DNA from: Teseptimavirus PDP351P2
Sequence record: OZ035763.1
DNA: 40,327 nt
Reading direction: 5' to 3' (one strand)
Shown: in pieces, positions 27,802 to 38,412 of the stretch
Numbering within the stretch: the stretch's first letter is position 1
How the letters are laid out: every line of letters begins with the position of its first letter
Notes under the pieces: model-generated
What the model saw: the letters and a program-made list of their open reading frames with translations, nothing else
Database searches by the model: none
What the model was told of the DNA's origin: nothing
Program-made: the position numbers and the translations under genes

Positions 27802-27953
27802 TGCAGGAAGTGACCTCAACGGTCGCTGCTAGTCCCGAAGAGGTGAGCATTACCGCCGAAGAGAGTCTAACGCCAGCACAAAAAGCTGCCCGTACACGCG
27901 CTGCCAACAAAGCCCGAAAGGAAGCTGAATTGGCTGCTGGCACTGACGAGTAA
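26767..27953 (+). CDS. 10B: minor capsid protein 10B made by -1 ribosomal frameshift near the end of 10A
   Basis: Slippery GGTTTTC at 27783-27789; -1 frame continues QSGVMQEVTSTVAASPEEVSITAEESLTPAQKAARTRAANKARKEAELAAGTDE to TAA 27951-27953. Confidence 0.7.
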
Positions 27954-28001
27954 CTAGCATAACCCCTTGGGGCCTCTAAACGGGTCTTGAGGGGTTTTTT
28001 G
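27954..28001 (+). terminator. Tphi late terminator
   Basis: CTAGCATAACCCCTTGGGGCCTCTAAACGGGTCTTGAGGGGTTTTTTG, GC-rich hairpin plus U-tract. Confidence 0.9.
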
Positions 28002-28018
28002 CTTAAAGGAGGAACTAT

Positions 28019-28609
28019 ATGCGCTCATACGATATGAACGTTGAGACCGCTGCTGAGTTATCCGCTGTGAACGACATTCTGGCATCTATCGGAGAACCTC
28101 CGGTATCAACGCTGGAAGGTGACGCTAACGCAGATGTAGCGAACGCTCGGCGTATTCTCAATAAGATTAACCGACAGATTCAGTCTCGTGGCTGGACATT
28201 CAACATTGAGGAAGGCATAACGCTATTACCCGATGTTTACTCCAACCTGATTGTATACAGTGACGATTATTTATCCCTAATGGCTACTTCCGGTCAATCC
28301 ATCTACGTTAACCGAGGTGGCTATGTGTATGACCGAACGAGTCAATCAGACCGCTTTGACTCTGGCATTACCGTGAACATTATCCGTCTCCGAGACTACG
28401 ATGAGATGCCTGAGTGCTTCCGTTACTGGATTGTCACCAAGGCTTCCCGTCAGTTCAACAACCGATTCTTTGGGGCACCGGAAGTAGAGGGTGTACTTCA
28501 AGAAGAGGAAGATGAGGCTAGACGTCTCTGTATGGAGTACGAAGTGGACTACGGTGGGTACAATATGCTGGATGGCGATGCGTTCACTTCTGGTCTACTG
28601 ACTCGCTGA
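28019..28609 (+). CDS. 11: tail tubular protein A (T7 gp11 homolog)
   Basis: 196 aa [34 protein letters not shown]... Confidence 0.95.
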   Translation: MRSYDMNVETAAELSAVNDILASIGEPPVSTLEGDANADVANARRILNKINRQIQSRGWTFNIEEGITLLPDVYSNLIVYSDDYLSLMATSGQSIYVNRGGYVYDRTSQSDRFDSGITVNIIRLRDYDEMPECFRYWIVTKASRQFNNRFFGAPEVEGVLQEEEDEARRLCMEYEVDYGGYNMLDGDAFTSGLLTR

Positions 28610-28630
28610 TTAATAAATAAGGAGGCTCTA

Positions 28631-31015
28631 ATGGCACTCATTAGCCAATCAATCAAGAACTTGAAGGGTGGTATCAGTCAACAGCCTGACATCCTTCGTT
28701 ATCCAGACCAAGGGTCACGCCAAGTTAACGGTTGGTCTTCGGAGACCGAGGGCCTCCAAAAGCGTCCACCTCTGGTTTTCCTTAAGACACTTGGAGACAA
28801 CGGTGCGTTAGGCCAAGCACCTTACATTCACCTGATAAACCGTGATGAGAACGAACAGTATTACGCTGTGTTCACCGGAACAGGAATCCGTGTGTTTGAC
28901 CTTGCTGGTAACGAGAAGCAAGTTAGGTATCCTAACGGTTCCAACTACATCCAGACCGCTCAGCCACGTAACGACCTGCGAATGGTTACTGTAGCAGACT
29001 ATACGTTCATCGTTAACCGTAACGTTGTTGTACAGAAGGACCCACTTCTTATCAACTTACCGAATTATAACCCTAAGCAAGACGGATTGATTAACGTTCG
29101 TGGTGGTCAGTATGGTAGGGAACTAATTGTACACATTAACGGTAAAGACGTTGCGAAGTATAAGATCCCAGATGGTAGTAAACCTGAACACGTAAACAAT
29201 ACGGATGCCCAATGGTTAGCCGAAGAGTTAGCCAAGCAGATGCGCGCTAACTTGTCTGATTGGACTGTAAATGTAGGGCAAGGGTACATCCATGTGACCG
29301 CACCTAGTGGTCAACAGATTGACTCCTTCACGACTAAAGATGGCTACGCAGACCAGTTGATTAACCCTGTGACCCACTACGCTCAGTCGTTCTCTAAGTT
29401 GCCACCTAACGCTCCTAACGGCTACATGGTGAAAATCGTAGGGGACGCCTCTAAGTCTGCCGACCAGTATTACGTTCGGTATGACGATGAGCGTAAAGTC
29501 TGGACTGAGACTTTAGGTTGGAACACTGAGTCCCAAGTTCAATGGAACACCATGCCACACGCTCTTGTGCGAGCCTCTGATGGTAATTTCGACTTCAAGT
29601 GGCTTGAGTGGTCTCCTAAGTCTTGTGGTGACGTTGACACCAACCCTTGGCCTTCTTTTGTTGGTTCAAGTATTAACGATGTGTTCTTCTTCCGTAACCG
29701 CTTAGGATTCCTTAGTGGGGAGAACATCATATTGAGTCGTACAGCCAAATACTTCAACTTCTACCCTGCGTCCATTGCCAACCTTAGTGATGATGACCCT
29801 ATAGACGTAGCTGTGAGTACCAACCGAATAGCAATCCTTAAGTACGCCGTTCCGTTCTCAGAAGAGTTACTCATCTGGTCCGATGAAGCACAATTCGTCC
29901 TGACTGCCTCGGGTACTCTCACATCTAAGTCGGTTGAGTTGAACCTAACGACCCAGTTTGACGTACAGGACCTAGCGAGACCTTTTGGGATTGGTCGTAA
30001 TGTCTACTTTGCTAGTCCGAGGTCCAGCTACACGTCCATCCACAGGTACTACGCCGTGCAGGATGTAAGTTCCGTTAAGAACTCTGAGGACATTACATCA
30101 CACGTTCCTAACTACATCCCTAATGGTGTGTTCAGTATTTGCGGAAGTGGTACGGAAAACTTCTGTTCGGTACTATCTCACGGGGACCCTAGTAAAATCT
30201 TCATATACAAATTCATGTACCTGAACGAAGAGTTAAGGCAACAGTCGTGGTCTCATTGGGACTTTGGGGAAAACGTACAGGTTCTAGCTTGTCAGAGTAT
30301 CAGCTCAGATATGTATGTTATTCTTCGCAATGAGTTCAATACGTTCCTAGCTAGAATCTCTTTCACTAAGAACGCCATTGACTTACAGGGAGAACCCTAT
30401 CGTGCCTTTATGGACATGAAGATTCGCTACACGATTCCTAGCGGAACATACAACGATGACACGTTCACTACCTCTATCCATATTCCAACCATTTATGGTG
30501 CAAACTTCGGGAGGGACAAAATCACCGTATTGGAGCCTGATGGTAAGATAACCGTATGTGAGCAACCAACTGGTGGGTGGAATAGTGACCCTTGGCTGAG
30601 ACTAAACGGTAACTTAGAGGGACGTGAAGTGTTCATTGGGTTCAACATACACTTCGTCTATGAGTTCTCTAAGTTCCTCATCAAGCAAACTGCCGACGAT
30701 GGGTCTACCTCCACGGAAGACATTGGTCGCTTGCAGTTACGCCGAGCGTGGGTTAACTACGAGGATTCTGGTACGTTCGACATTTACGTTGAGAACCAAT
30801 CGTCCAACTGGAAGTACACGATGGCTGGTGCCAGACTAGGCTCTAGCACTCTGAGGGCCGGTAGACTGAACTTAGGGACCGGACAATACCGATTCCCTGT
30901 GGTGGGCAACGCTAAGTTCAATACCGTATACATCGTGTCAGATGCGACTACCCCTCTGAACATCATTGGATGTGGCTGGGAAGGTAACTACTTACGGAGA
31001 AGTTCCGGTATTTAA
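28631..31015 (+). CDS. 12: tail tubular protein B (T7 gp12 homolog)
   Basis: 794 aa MALISQSIKNLKGGISQQPDILRYPDQGSRQVNGWSS... Confidence 0.97.
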   Translation: MALISQSIKNLKGGISQQPDILRYPDQGSRQVNGWSSETEGLQKRPPLVFLKTLGDNGALGQAPYIHLINRDENEQYYAVFTGTGIRVFDLAGNEKQVRYPNGSNYIQTAQPRNDLRMVTVADYTFIVNRNVVVQKDPLLINLPNYNPKQDGLINVRGGQYGRELIVHINGKDVAKYKIPDGSKPEHVNNTDAQWLAEELAKQMRANLSDWTVNVGQGYIHVTAPSGQQIDSFTTKDGYADQLINPVTHYAQSFSKLPPNAPNGYMVKIVGDASKSADQYYVRYDDERKVWTETLGWNTESQVQWNTMPHALVRASDGNFDFKWLEWSPKSCGDVDTNPWPSFVGSSINDVFFFRNRLGFLSGENIILSRTAKYFNFYPASIANLSDDDPIDVAVSTNRIAILKYAVPFSEELLIWSDEAQFVLTASGTLTSKSVELNLTTQFDVQDLARPFGIGRNVYFASPRSSYTSIHRYYAVQDVSSVKNSEDITSHVPNYIPNGVFSICGSGTENFCSVLSHGDPSKIFIYKFMYLNEELRQQSWSHWDFGENVQVLACQSISSDMYVILRNEFNTFLARISFTKNAIDLQGEPYRAFMDMKIRYTIPSGTYNDDTFTTSIHIPTIYGANFGRDKITVLEPDGKITVCEQPTGGWNSDPWLRLNGNLEGREVFIGFNIHFVYEFSKFLIKQTADDGSTSTEDIGRLQLRRAWVNYEDSGTFDIYVENQSSNWKYTMAGARLGSSTLRAGRLNLGTGQYRFPVVGNAKFNTVYIVSDATTPLNIIGCGWEGNYLRRSSGI

Positions 31016-31045
31016 TTAAATGTTCTCCCTGTGGTGGCTCGAAAT

Positions 31046-31068
31046 TAATACGACTCACTATAGGGAGA
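31046..31068 (+). promoter_or_regulatory. T7 RNAP promoter phi13
   Basis: TAATACGACTCACTATAGGGAGA exact consensus. Confidence 0.9.
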
Positions 31069-31095
31069 ACAATACGACTACGGGAGGGTTTTCTT

Positions 31096-31512
31096 ATGAT
31101 GACTATAAGACCTACTACAGAAAGTGACTTTAAGGTGTTCGTACCGTCTCACCATGACATACTTGAAGCTGAGGCTCTCGGCATTACTCCAAGTTTTCCT
31201 CCAGCGTCCGAGTGTGTTACGTTGAGCCTTTACGGGTTCCCTCTGGCTATTGGTGGAAACGTTGGAGACCGTTGTTGGCTTGTGACCAGTGATAAGGTTG
31301 AGAAGTTAAGCCTTAAAGCCAAGCTCAAGTTCCGTAAGCTGGTGATTGAGTATCGAGACCAAATGCTCGAACAGTATGAGTCATTATGGAATTTTGTTTA
31401 TATTGGTAATGAGCCACACATTAGGTTCTTAAAGTCCATCGGTGCGGAGTTCCAAGAGGAATACACCTGCGATGGTCAATTTCAACTATTTACAATAACG
31501 AAAGGAGGATAA
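31096..31512 (+). CDS. 13: internal virion protein A (T7 gp13 homolog)
   Basis: 138 aa. Confidence 0.9.
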   Translation: MMTIRPTTESDFKVFVPSHHDILEAEALGITPSFPPASECVTLSLYGFPLAIGGNVGDRCWLVTSDKVEKLSLKAKLKFRKLVIEYRDQMLEQYESLWNFVYIGNEPHIRFLKSIGAEFQEEYTCDGQFQLFTITKGG

Positions 31513-31516
31513 CCAT

Positions 31517-32107
31517 ATGTGTTGGATGGCAGCTGTGCCGATTGCCTTGGCAGGCGCTCAGGCTATCAGTGGTCAGAACGCTCAGGCCAAAATGATTGCC
31601 GCTCAGACCGAGGCTGGTCGTCGTCAAGCTATGGAAATAATGAAGCAGACGAACATTCAGAATGCTGACCTATCGCTGCAAGCTCGAAGTAAACTTGAGG
31701 AAGCATCCGCTGAGTTGACCTCACAGAACATGCAGAAGGTACAAGCTCTGGGGTCTATCCGAGCGGCTATCGGAGAGAGTATGCTCGAAGGTTCCTCAAT
31801 GGACCGCATTAAGCGAGTCACAGAAGGACAGTTCATTCGGGAAGCCAATATGGTAACTGATAACTATCGCCGTGACTACCAAGCAATCTTCGCACAGCAA
31901 CTTGGTGGCACTCAAAGTGCTGCAAGTCAGATTGACGAAATCTATAAGAGCGAACAGAAACAGAAGAGTAAGCTACAGATGGTTCTGGACCCACTGGTCG
32001 CCATGGGGTCTTCCGCTGCGAGTGCTTACGCATCCGGTGCGTTCGACTCTAAGTCCACAACTAAGGCACCTATTGTTGCCGCTAAAGGAACCAAGACGGG
32101 GAGGTAA
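31517..32107 (+). CDS. 14: internal virion protein B (T7 gp14 homolog)
   Basis: 196 aa MCWMAAVPIALAGAQAISGQNAQAKMIAAQTE... Confidence 0.92.
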   Translation: MCWMAAVPIALAGAQAISGQNAQAKMIAAQTEAGRRQAMEIMKQTNIQNADLSLQARSKLEEASAELTSQNMQKVQALGSIRAAIGESMLEGSSMDRIKRVTEGQFIREANMVTDNYRRDYQAIFAQQLGGTQSAASQIDEIYKSEQKQKSKLQMVLDPLVAMGSSAASAYASGAFDSKSTTKAPIVAAKGTKTGR

Positions 32108-32113
32108 TGCGCT

Positions 32114-34357
32114 ATGAGTAAAATTGAATCTGCCCTTCAAGCGGCACAACCGGGACTCTCTCGGTTACGTAGTGGCGCTGGTGGTATGGGCTATCGTGCA
32201 GCAACCACTCAAGCCGAACAGCCAAGGTCAAGCCTATTGGACACCATTGGTCGGTTCGCTAAGGCTGGTGCCGATATGTATACTGCTAAGGAACAACGAG
32301 CGCGAGACCTAGCTGATGAACGCTCTAACGAGATTATCCGTAAGTTGACCCCTGAGCAGCGCCGAGAGGCTCTCAACAACGGGACCCTTCTGTATCAGGA
32401 TGACCCATACGCTATGGAAGCACTGCGAGTAAAGACTGGTCGTAACGCAGCGTACCTTGTGGACGATGACGTTATGCAGAAGGTCAAAGAGGGTGTCTTC
32501 CGTACTCGCGAAGAGATGGAAGAGTATCGCCATAGTCGTCTCCAAGAGGGCGCTAAGGCATACGCTGAGCAGTTCGGGATTGACCCAGAGGACGTTGATT
32601 ATCAGCGTGGGTTCAATGGGGACATCACTGAGCGTAACATCTCGCTGTACGGTGCACACGATAACTTCTTGAGCCAGCAAGCTCAGAAGGGTGCCATCAT
32701 GAACAGCCGAGTGGAACTCAACGGTGTACTCCAAGACCCTGATATGCTGCGTCGTCCAGACTCTGCGGATTTCTTTGAGAGTTATATATCCAACGGTCTA
32801 GTAACTGGTGCTATCCCTTCCGATGCCCAAGCCACACAGCTTATAAGCCAAGCGTTCAGTGACGCTTCTAGCCGTGCTGGTGGTGCTGACTTCCTGATGC
32901 GAGTCGGTGACAAGAAGGTAACACTCAACGGGGTCACTACGACTTACCGAGAGTTGATGGGTGAGGAACAGTGGAATGCTCTAATGGTGACAGCACAACG
33001 CTCTCAGTTTGAGACTGACGCTAAGCTGAACGAGCAGTATCGCTTGAAGATTAACTCTGCGCTGAACCAAGAGGACCCTCGTACTGCGTGGGAGATGCTT
33101 CAAGGTATCAAGGCAGAACTCGATAAGGTTCAACCTGATGAGCAGATGACACCACAACGCGAGTGGTTAATCTCAGCACAGGAGCAAGTTCAGAATCAGA
33201 TGAACGCATGGACGAAAGCTCAGGCCAAGGCTCTGGATGACTCCATGAAGTCTATGAACAAACTTGACGTAATCGACAAGCAATTCCAGAAGCGAATCAA
33301 CGGTGAGTGGGTCTCAACTGACTTCAAGGATATGCCAGTCAACGAGAACACTGGTGAGTTCAAGCATAGTGATATGGTTAACTACGCCAATAAGAAGCTC
33401 GCTGAGATTGACAGTATGGACATCCCAGATAGCGCCAAGGACGTGATGAAGTTGAAGTATCTTCAAGCTGACTCTAAGGACGGGGCATTCCGTACAGCAA
33501 TCGGAACTATGGTGACTGACGCTGGTCAAGAGTGGTCTGCCGCTGTGATTAACGGTAAGTTACCAGAACGAACCCCAGCTCTGGATGCTCTACGTAGAAT
33601 CCGTAATGCCGACCCTCAGTTGATTGCTGCGCTATACCCAGACCAAGCTGAGCTATTCCTGACGATGGACATGATGGACAAGCAGGGTATCGACCCTCAG
33701 GTTATTCTTGACGCTGACCGACTGACTGTCAAAAGGTCCAAAGAGCAACGCTTTGAGGACGATAAAGCATTCGAGTCTGCACTTAATGCGTCTAAGGCTC
33801 CTGAGATTGCCCGTATGCCAGCGTCACTGCGCGAATCTGCACGTAAGATTTATGACTCCGTTAAGTATCGCTCAGGGAACGAAAGCATGGCTATGGAGCA
33901 GATGACCAAGTTCCTTCAGGAATCTACCTACACGTTCACTGGTGACGATGTTGACGGTGATACTGTTGGCGTAATTCCGAAGAACATGATGCAGGTTAAC
34001 TCTGACCCGAAATCATGGGAGCAAGGTCGTGATATTCTGGAGGAAGCACGTAAGGGAATCATTGCGGGCAACCAGTGGATAACCAATAAGCAACTGACTA
34101 TGTATTCTCAAGGTGATTCCATTTACCTTATGGATACCACTGGGCAAGTCCGAGTCCGATACGACAAAGAGTTACTCTCGAAGGTCTGGAGTGAGAACCA
34201 GAAGAAACTCGAAGAGAAAGCTCGTGAGAAGGCTCTGGCTGATGTGAACAAGCGAGCACCTATCGTTGCCGCAACGAAGGCCCGTGAAGCTGCTGCTAAA
34301 CGAGTACGAGATAAACGTAAACAGACTCCTAAGTTCATCTACGGACGTAAGGAGTAA
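32114..34357 (+). CDS. 15: internal virion protein C (T7 gp15 homolog)
   Basis: 747 aa. Confidence 0.95.
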   Translation: MSKIESALQAAQPGLSRLRSGAGGMGYRAATTQAEQPRSSLLDTIGRFAKAGADMYTAKEQRARDLADERSNEIIRKLTPEQRREALNNGTLLYQDDPYAMEALRVKTGRNAAYLVDDDVMQKVKEGVFRTREEMEEYRHSRLQEGAKAYAEQFGIDPEDVDYQRGFNGDITERNISLYGAHDNFLSQQAQKGAIMNSRVELNGVLQDPDMLRRPDSADFFESYISNGLVTGAIPSDAQATQLISQAFSDASSRAGGADFLMRVGDKKVTLNGVTTTYRELMGEEQWNALMVTAQRSQFETDAKLNEQYRLKINSALNQEDPRTAWEMLQGIKAELDKVQPDEQMTPQREWLISAQEQVQNQMNAWTKAQAKALDDSMKSMNKLDVIDKQFQKRINGEWVSTDFKDMPVNENTGEFKHSDMVNYANKKLAEIDSMDIPDSAKDVMKLKYLQADSKDGAFRTAIGTMVTDAGQEWSAAVINGKLPERTPALDALRRIRNADPQLIAALYPDQAELFLTMDMMDKQGIDPQVILDADRLTVKRSKEQRFEDDKAFESALNASKAPEIARMPASLRESARKIYDSVKYRSGNESMAMEQMTKFLQESTYTFTGDDVDGDTVGVIPKNMMQVNSDPKSWEQGRDILEEARKGIIAGNQWITNKQLTMYSQGDSIYLMDTTGQVRVRYDKELLSKVWSENQKKLEEKAREKALADVNKRAPIVAATKAREAAAKRVRDKRKQTPKFIYGRKE

Positions 34358-34383
34358 CTAAAGGCTACATAAGGAGGCCCTAA

Positions 34384-37300
34384 ATGGATAAGTACGATAA
34401 GAACGTACCAAGTGATTATGATGGTCTGTTCCAAAAGGCGGCTGATGCCAACGGGGTCTCTTATGACCTTTTACGTAAAGTCGCTTGGACAGAATCACGA
34501 TTTGTACCTACAGCGAAATCTAAGACTGGACCATTAGGCATGATGCAATTCACCAAGGAAACCGCTAAGGCCCTTGGTCTGCGAGCTACCGATGGTCCAG
34601 ACGATGACCGACTGAACCCTGAGTTAGCCATCAATGCTGCCGCTAAGCACCTTGCAGGTCTGGTAGGGAAGTTTGATGGCGATGAACTCAAAGCTGCCCT
34701 TGCGTACAACCAAGGCGAGGGACGCTTGGGTAATCCACAACTTGAGGCGTACTCCAAGGGAGACTTCGCGTCCATCTCTGAGGAAGGACGTAATTACATG
34801 CGTAACCTTCTGGATGTCGCTAAGTCACCTATGGCTGGGCAGTTGGAAACTTTTGGTGGTATCACCCCAAAGGGTAAAGGAATTCCGGCTGAGGTAGGAT
34901 TGGCTGGAATTGGTCACAAGCAGAAAGTAACACAGGAACTTCCTGAGTCAACAAGTTTTGACGTTAAGGGTATAGAACAGGAGGCTCCGGCGAAACCATT
35001 CGCCAAGGACTTTTGGGAGACCCACGGAGAAACACTTGACGAGTACAACAGTCGTTCAACCTTCTTCGGATTCAAAGACGCTGCCGAAGCTGAACTCTCC
35101 AACTCAGTCGCTGGAATGGCTTTCCGTGCTGGTCGTCTCGATAATGGTTTTGATGTGTTTAAAGACACCATTACGCCGACTCGCTGGAACTCTCACATCT
35201 GGACTCCAGAAGAGTTAGAGAAGATTCGAACTGAGGTTAAGAACCCAGCGTACATCAACGTGGTAACTGGTGGTTCCCCTGAGAATCTTGACGACCTCAT
35301 TAAGCTGGCTAACGATAACTTTGAGAATGACTCCCGCGCTGCCGAAGCTGGCCTAGGTGCCAAACTGAGTGCTGGTATTATTGGTGCTGGTGTGGACCCA
35401 CTTAGCTATGTTCCTATGGTCGGTGTCACTGGTAAGGGCTTTAAGTTAATCAATAAGGCTCTTGTAGTTGGTGCAGAAAGTGCTGCGCTGAACGTTGCAT
35501 CCGAAGGTCTACGTACCTCCGTAGCTGGTGGTGACGCGGACTATGCAGGTGCTGCTTTAGGTGGCTTTGTGTTTGGTGCTGGTATGTCTGCAATCAGTGA
35601 CGCTGTAGCTGCTGGTCTGAAACGTAGCAAACCAGAAGCTGAGTTCGATAATGAGTTCATTGGCCCTATGATGCGGATGGAAGCCCGTGAGACAGCACGT
35701 AACGCCAACTCTGCGGACCTCTCGCGGATGAACACTGAGAACATGAAGTTTGAAGGTGAACATAATGGTGTCCCTTATGAGGACTTACCGACAGAGAAAG
35801 GTGCCGTGGTGTTGCATGATGGCTCCGTTCTGAGTGCAAGCAACCCAATCAACCCTAAGACTCTAAAAGAGTTCTCCGAGGTTGACCCTGAGAAGGCTGC
35901 GCGAGGAATCAAACTTGCTGGGTTCACCGAGATTGGCTTGAAGACCTTGGGGTCTGACGATGCTGACATTCGTAGAGTAGCTATTGACCTCGTTCGCTCT
36001 CCTACTGGTATGCAGTCTGGTGCCTCAGGTAAGTTTGGTGCAACAGCTTCTGACATCCATGAGAGGCTTCACGGTACTGACCAGCGTACTTATAATGACT
36101 TGTATAAGGCAATGTCTGACGCTATGAAAGACCCTGAGTTCTCTACTGGTGGCGCTAAGATGTCCCGTGAAGAAACTCGCTACACTATCTACCGTAGAGC
36201 GGCACTGGCTATTGAGCGTCCAGAGTTACAGAAGGCACTCACTCCGTCTGAGAGAATCGTTATGGACATCATTAAGCGTCACTTTGACACCAAGCGTGAA
36301 CTTATGGAGAACCCAGCAATCTTCGGTAATACGAAGGCTGTTAGTATCTTCCCTGAGAGTCGTCATAAGGGAACCTACGTTCCTCACGTATACGACCGTC
36401 ACGCCAAGGCGCTGATGATTCAACGCTACGGTGCCGAAGGTTTACAGGAAGGTATTGCTCGTTCGTGGATGAACAGCTACGTCTCCAGACCTGAGGTCAA
36501 GGCCAGAGTCGATGAGATGCTTAAGGAAGTACACGGGGTGAAGGAAGTAACGCCAGAGATGGTAGAGAAGTACGCTATGGATAAGGCTTACGGTATCTCC
36601 CACTCAGACCAGTTCACCAACAGTTCCATAATCGAAGAGAACATTGAGGGCTTAGTAGGTATCGAGAACAACTCATTCCTTGAGGCACGTAACTTGTTTG
36701 ATTCGGACCTATCCATCACTATGCCAGACGGACAGCAATTCTCAGTGAACGACCTAAGGGACTTCGATATGTTCCGCATCATGCCAGCATATGACCGCCG
36801 TATCAATGGTGACATCGCCATCATGGGGTCTACTGGGAAAACCACTAAGGAACTTAAGGATGAGATTTTGGCTCTCAAAGCGAAAGCTGAGGGTGACGGT
36901 AAGAAGACTGGCGAGGTTCATGCTCTTATGGATACCGTTAAGATTCTTACTGGTCGTGCTCGACGTAATCAGGACACTGTGTGGGAAACCTCACTGCGTT
37001 CCATCAATGACCTAGGGTTCTTCGCTAAGAACGCCTATATGGGTGCACAGAACATTACGGAGATTGCTGGGATGATTGTCACTGGTAACGTTCGTACTCT
37101 CAGTCACGGTATCCCAATTCTACGTGACACCCTCTACAAGTCTAAACCAGTTTCCGCTAAGGAACTCAAGGAACTCCATGCGTCTCTGTTCGGGAAGGAG
37201 GTTGACCAGTTGATTCGCCCTAAACGTGCTGACATTGTGCAGCGCCTAAGGGAAGCAACTGATACCGGACCTGCTGTGGCGAACATCGTAGGGACCTTGA

Positions 37301-38340
37301 AGTATTCCACACAGGAACTGGCTGCTCGCTCTCCGTGGACTAAGCTGCTGAACGGAACCACTAACTACCTTCTGGATGCTGCGCGTCAAGGTATGCTTGG
37401 GGACGTTATTAGTGCCACCCTAACAGGTAAGACTACCCGCTGGGAGAAAGAAGGATTCCTTCGGGGTGCCTCAGTAACTCCTGAGCAGATGGCTGGAATC
37501 AAGGCTCTCATCAAGGAACATATGGTACGTGGTGAGGACGGGAAGTTTACAGTTAAGGACAAGCAAGCGTTCTCTATGGACCCTCGTGCTATGGACTTAT
37601 GGAGACTGGCTGACAAGGTAGCTGATGAGGCAATGCTACGTCCACATAAGGTGTCCTTACAGGATTCCCATGCGTTCGGAGCACTAGGTAAGATGGTTAT
37701 GCAGTTTAAGACTTTCACTATCAAGTCCCTTAACTCTAAGTTCCTGCGAACCTTCTACGATGGATACAAGAACAACCGAGCGATTGACGCTGCGCTGAGC
37801 ATTATCACCTCTATGGGCCTAGCTGGTGGTTTCTACGCTATGGCTGCTCACGTCAAAGCATACGCTCTTCCTAAGGAGAAACGTAAGGAGTACTTGGAGC
37901 GTGCACTGGACCCAACCATGATTGCCCACGCTGCGTTGTCTCGTAGTTCTCACTTGGGTGCTCCTTTGGCTATGGTTGACCTAGTTGGTGGTGCCTTAGG
38001 GCTCGAGTCCTCCAAGATGGCTCGCTCTACGATTCTACCTAAGGACACCATGAAGGAACGTGACCCAAACAAACCGTACACCTCTAGAGAGGTAATGGGA
38101 GCTATTGGTTCGAACCTTCTGGAGCAGATGCCTTCCGCTGGCTTTGTGGCTAACGTAGGGGCTACCTTAATGAATGCTGCTGGCGTGGTAAACTCACCTA
38201 ACAAAGCAACCGAGCAGGACTTCATGACTGGCTTGATGAACTCTACCAAGGAGTTAGTACCTAACGACCCATTGACTCAACAGCTTGTGTTGAAGATTTA
38301 TGAGGCGAACGGTGTTAACTTGAGGGAGCGTAGGAAATAA
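34384..38340 (+). CDS. 16: internal virion protein D with N-terminal lytic transglycosylase domain (T7 gp16 homolog)
   Basis: 1318 aa; N-terminus ...VAWTESRFVPTAKSKTGPLGMMQFT... (SLT-type motif). Confidence 0.97.
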   Translation: MDKYDKNVPSDYDGLFQKAADANGVSYDLLRKVAWTESRFVPTAKSKTGPLGMMQFTKETAKALGLRATDGPDDDRLNPELAINAAAKHLAGLVGKFDGDELKAALAYNQGEGRLGNPQLEAYSKGDFASISEEGRNYMRNLLDVAKSPMAGQLETFGGITPKGKGIPAEVGLAGIGHKQKVTQELPESTSFDVKGIEQEAPAKPFAKDFWETHGETLDEYNSRSTFFGFKDAAEAELSNSVAGMAFRAGRLDNGFDVFKDTITPTRWNSHIWTPEELEKIRTEVKNPAYINVVTGGSPENLDDLIKLANDNFENDSRAAEAGLGAKLSAGIIGAGVDPLSYVPMVGVTGKGFKLINKALVVGAESAALNVASEGLRTSVAGGDADYAGAALGGFVFGAGMSAISDAVAAGLKRSKPEAEFDNEFIGPMMRMEARETARNANSADLSRMNTENMKFEGEHNGVPYEDLPTEKGAVVLHDGSVLSASNPINPKTLKEFSEVDPEKAARGIKLAGFTEIGLKTLGSDDADIRRVAIDLVRSPTGMQSGASGKFGATASDIHERLHGTDQRTYNDLYKAMSDAMKDPEFSTGGAKMSREETRYTIYRRAALAIERPELQKALTPSERIVMDIIKRHFDTKRELMENPAIFGNTKAVSIFPESRHKGTYVPHVYDRHAKALMIQRYGAEGLQEGIARSWMNSYVSRPEVKARVDEMLKEVHGVKEVTPEMVEKYAMDKAYGISHSDQFTNSSIIEENIEGLVGIENNSFLEARNLFDSDLSITMPDGQQFSVNDLRDFDMFRIMPAYDRRINGDIAIMGSTGKTTKELKDEILALKAKAEGDGKKTGEVHALMDTVKILTGRARRNQDTVWETSLRSINDLGFFAKNAYMGAQNITEIAGMIVTGNVRTLSHGIPILRDTLYKSKPVSAKELKELHASLFGKEVDQLIRPKRADIVQRLREATDTGPAVANIVGTLKYSTQELAARSPWTKLLNGTTNYLLDAARQGMLGDVISATLTGKTTRWEKEGFLRGASVTPEQMAGIKALIKEHMVRGEDGKFTVKDKQAFSMDPRAMDLWRLADKVADEAMLRPHKVSLQDSHAFGALGKMVMQFKTFTIKSLNSKFLRTFYDGYKNNRAIDAALSIITSMGLAGGFYAMAAHVKAYALPKEKRKEYLERALDPTMIAHAALSRSSHLGAPLAMVDLVGGALGLESSKMARSTILPKDTMKERDPNKPYTSREVMGAIGSNLLEQMPSAGFVANVGATLMNAAGVVNSPNKATEQDFMTGLMNSTKELVPNDPLTQQLVLKIYEANGVNLRERRK

Positions 38341-38360
38341 TACGACTCACTATAGGGAGA
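38338..38360 (+). promoter_or_regulatory. T7 RNAP promoter phi17
   Basis: TAATACGACTCACTATAGGGAGA exact consensus. Confidence 0.9.
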
Positions 38361-38412
38361 GGCGAAATAATCTTCTCCCTGTAGTCTCTTAGATTTACTT
38401 TAAGGAGGTCAA

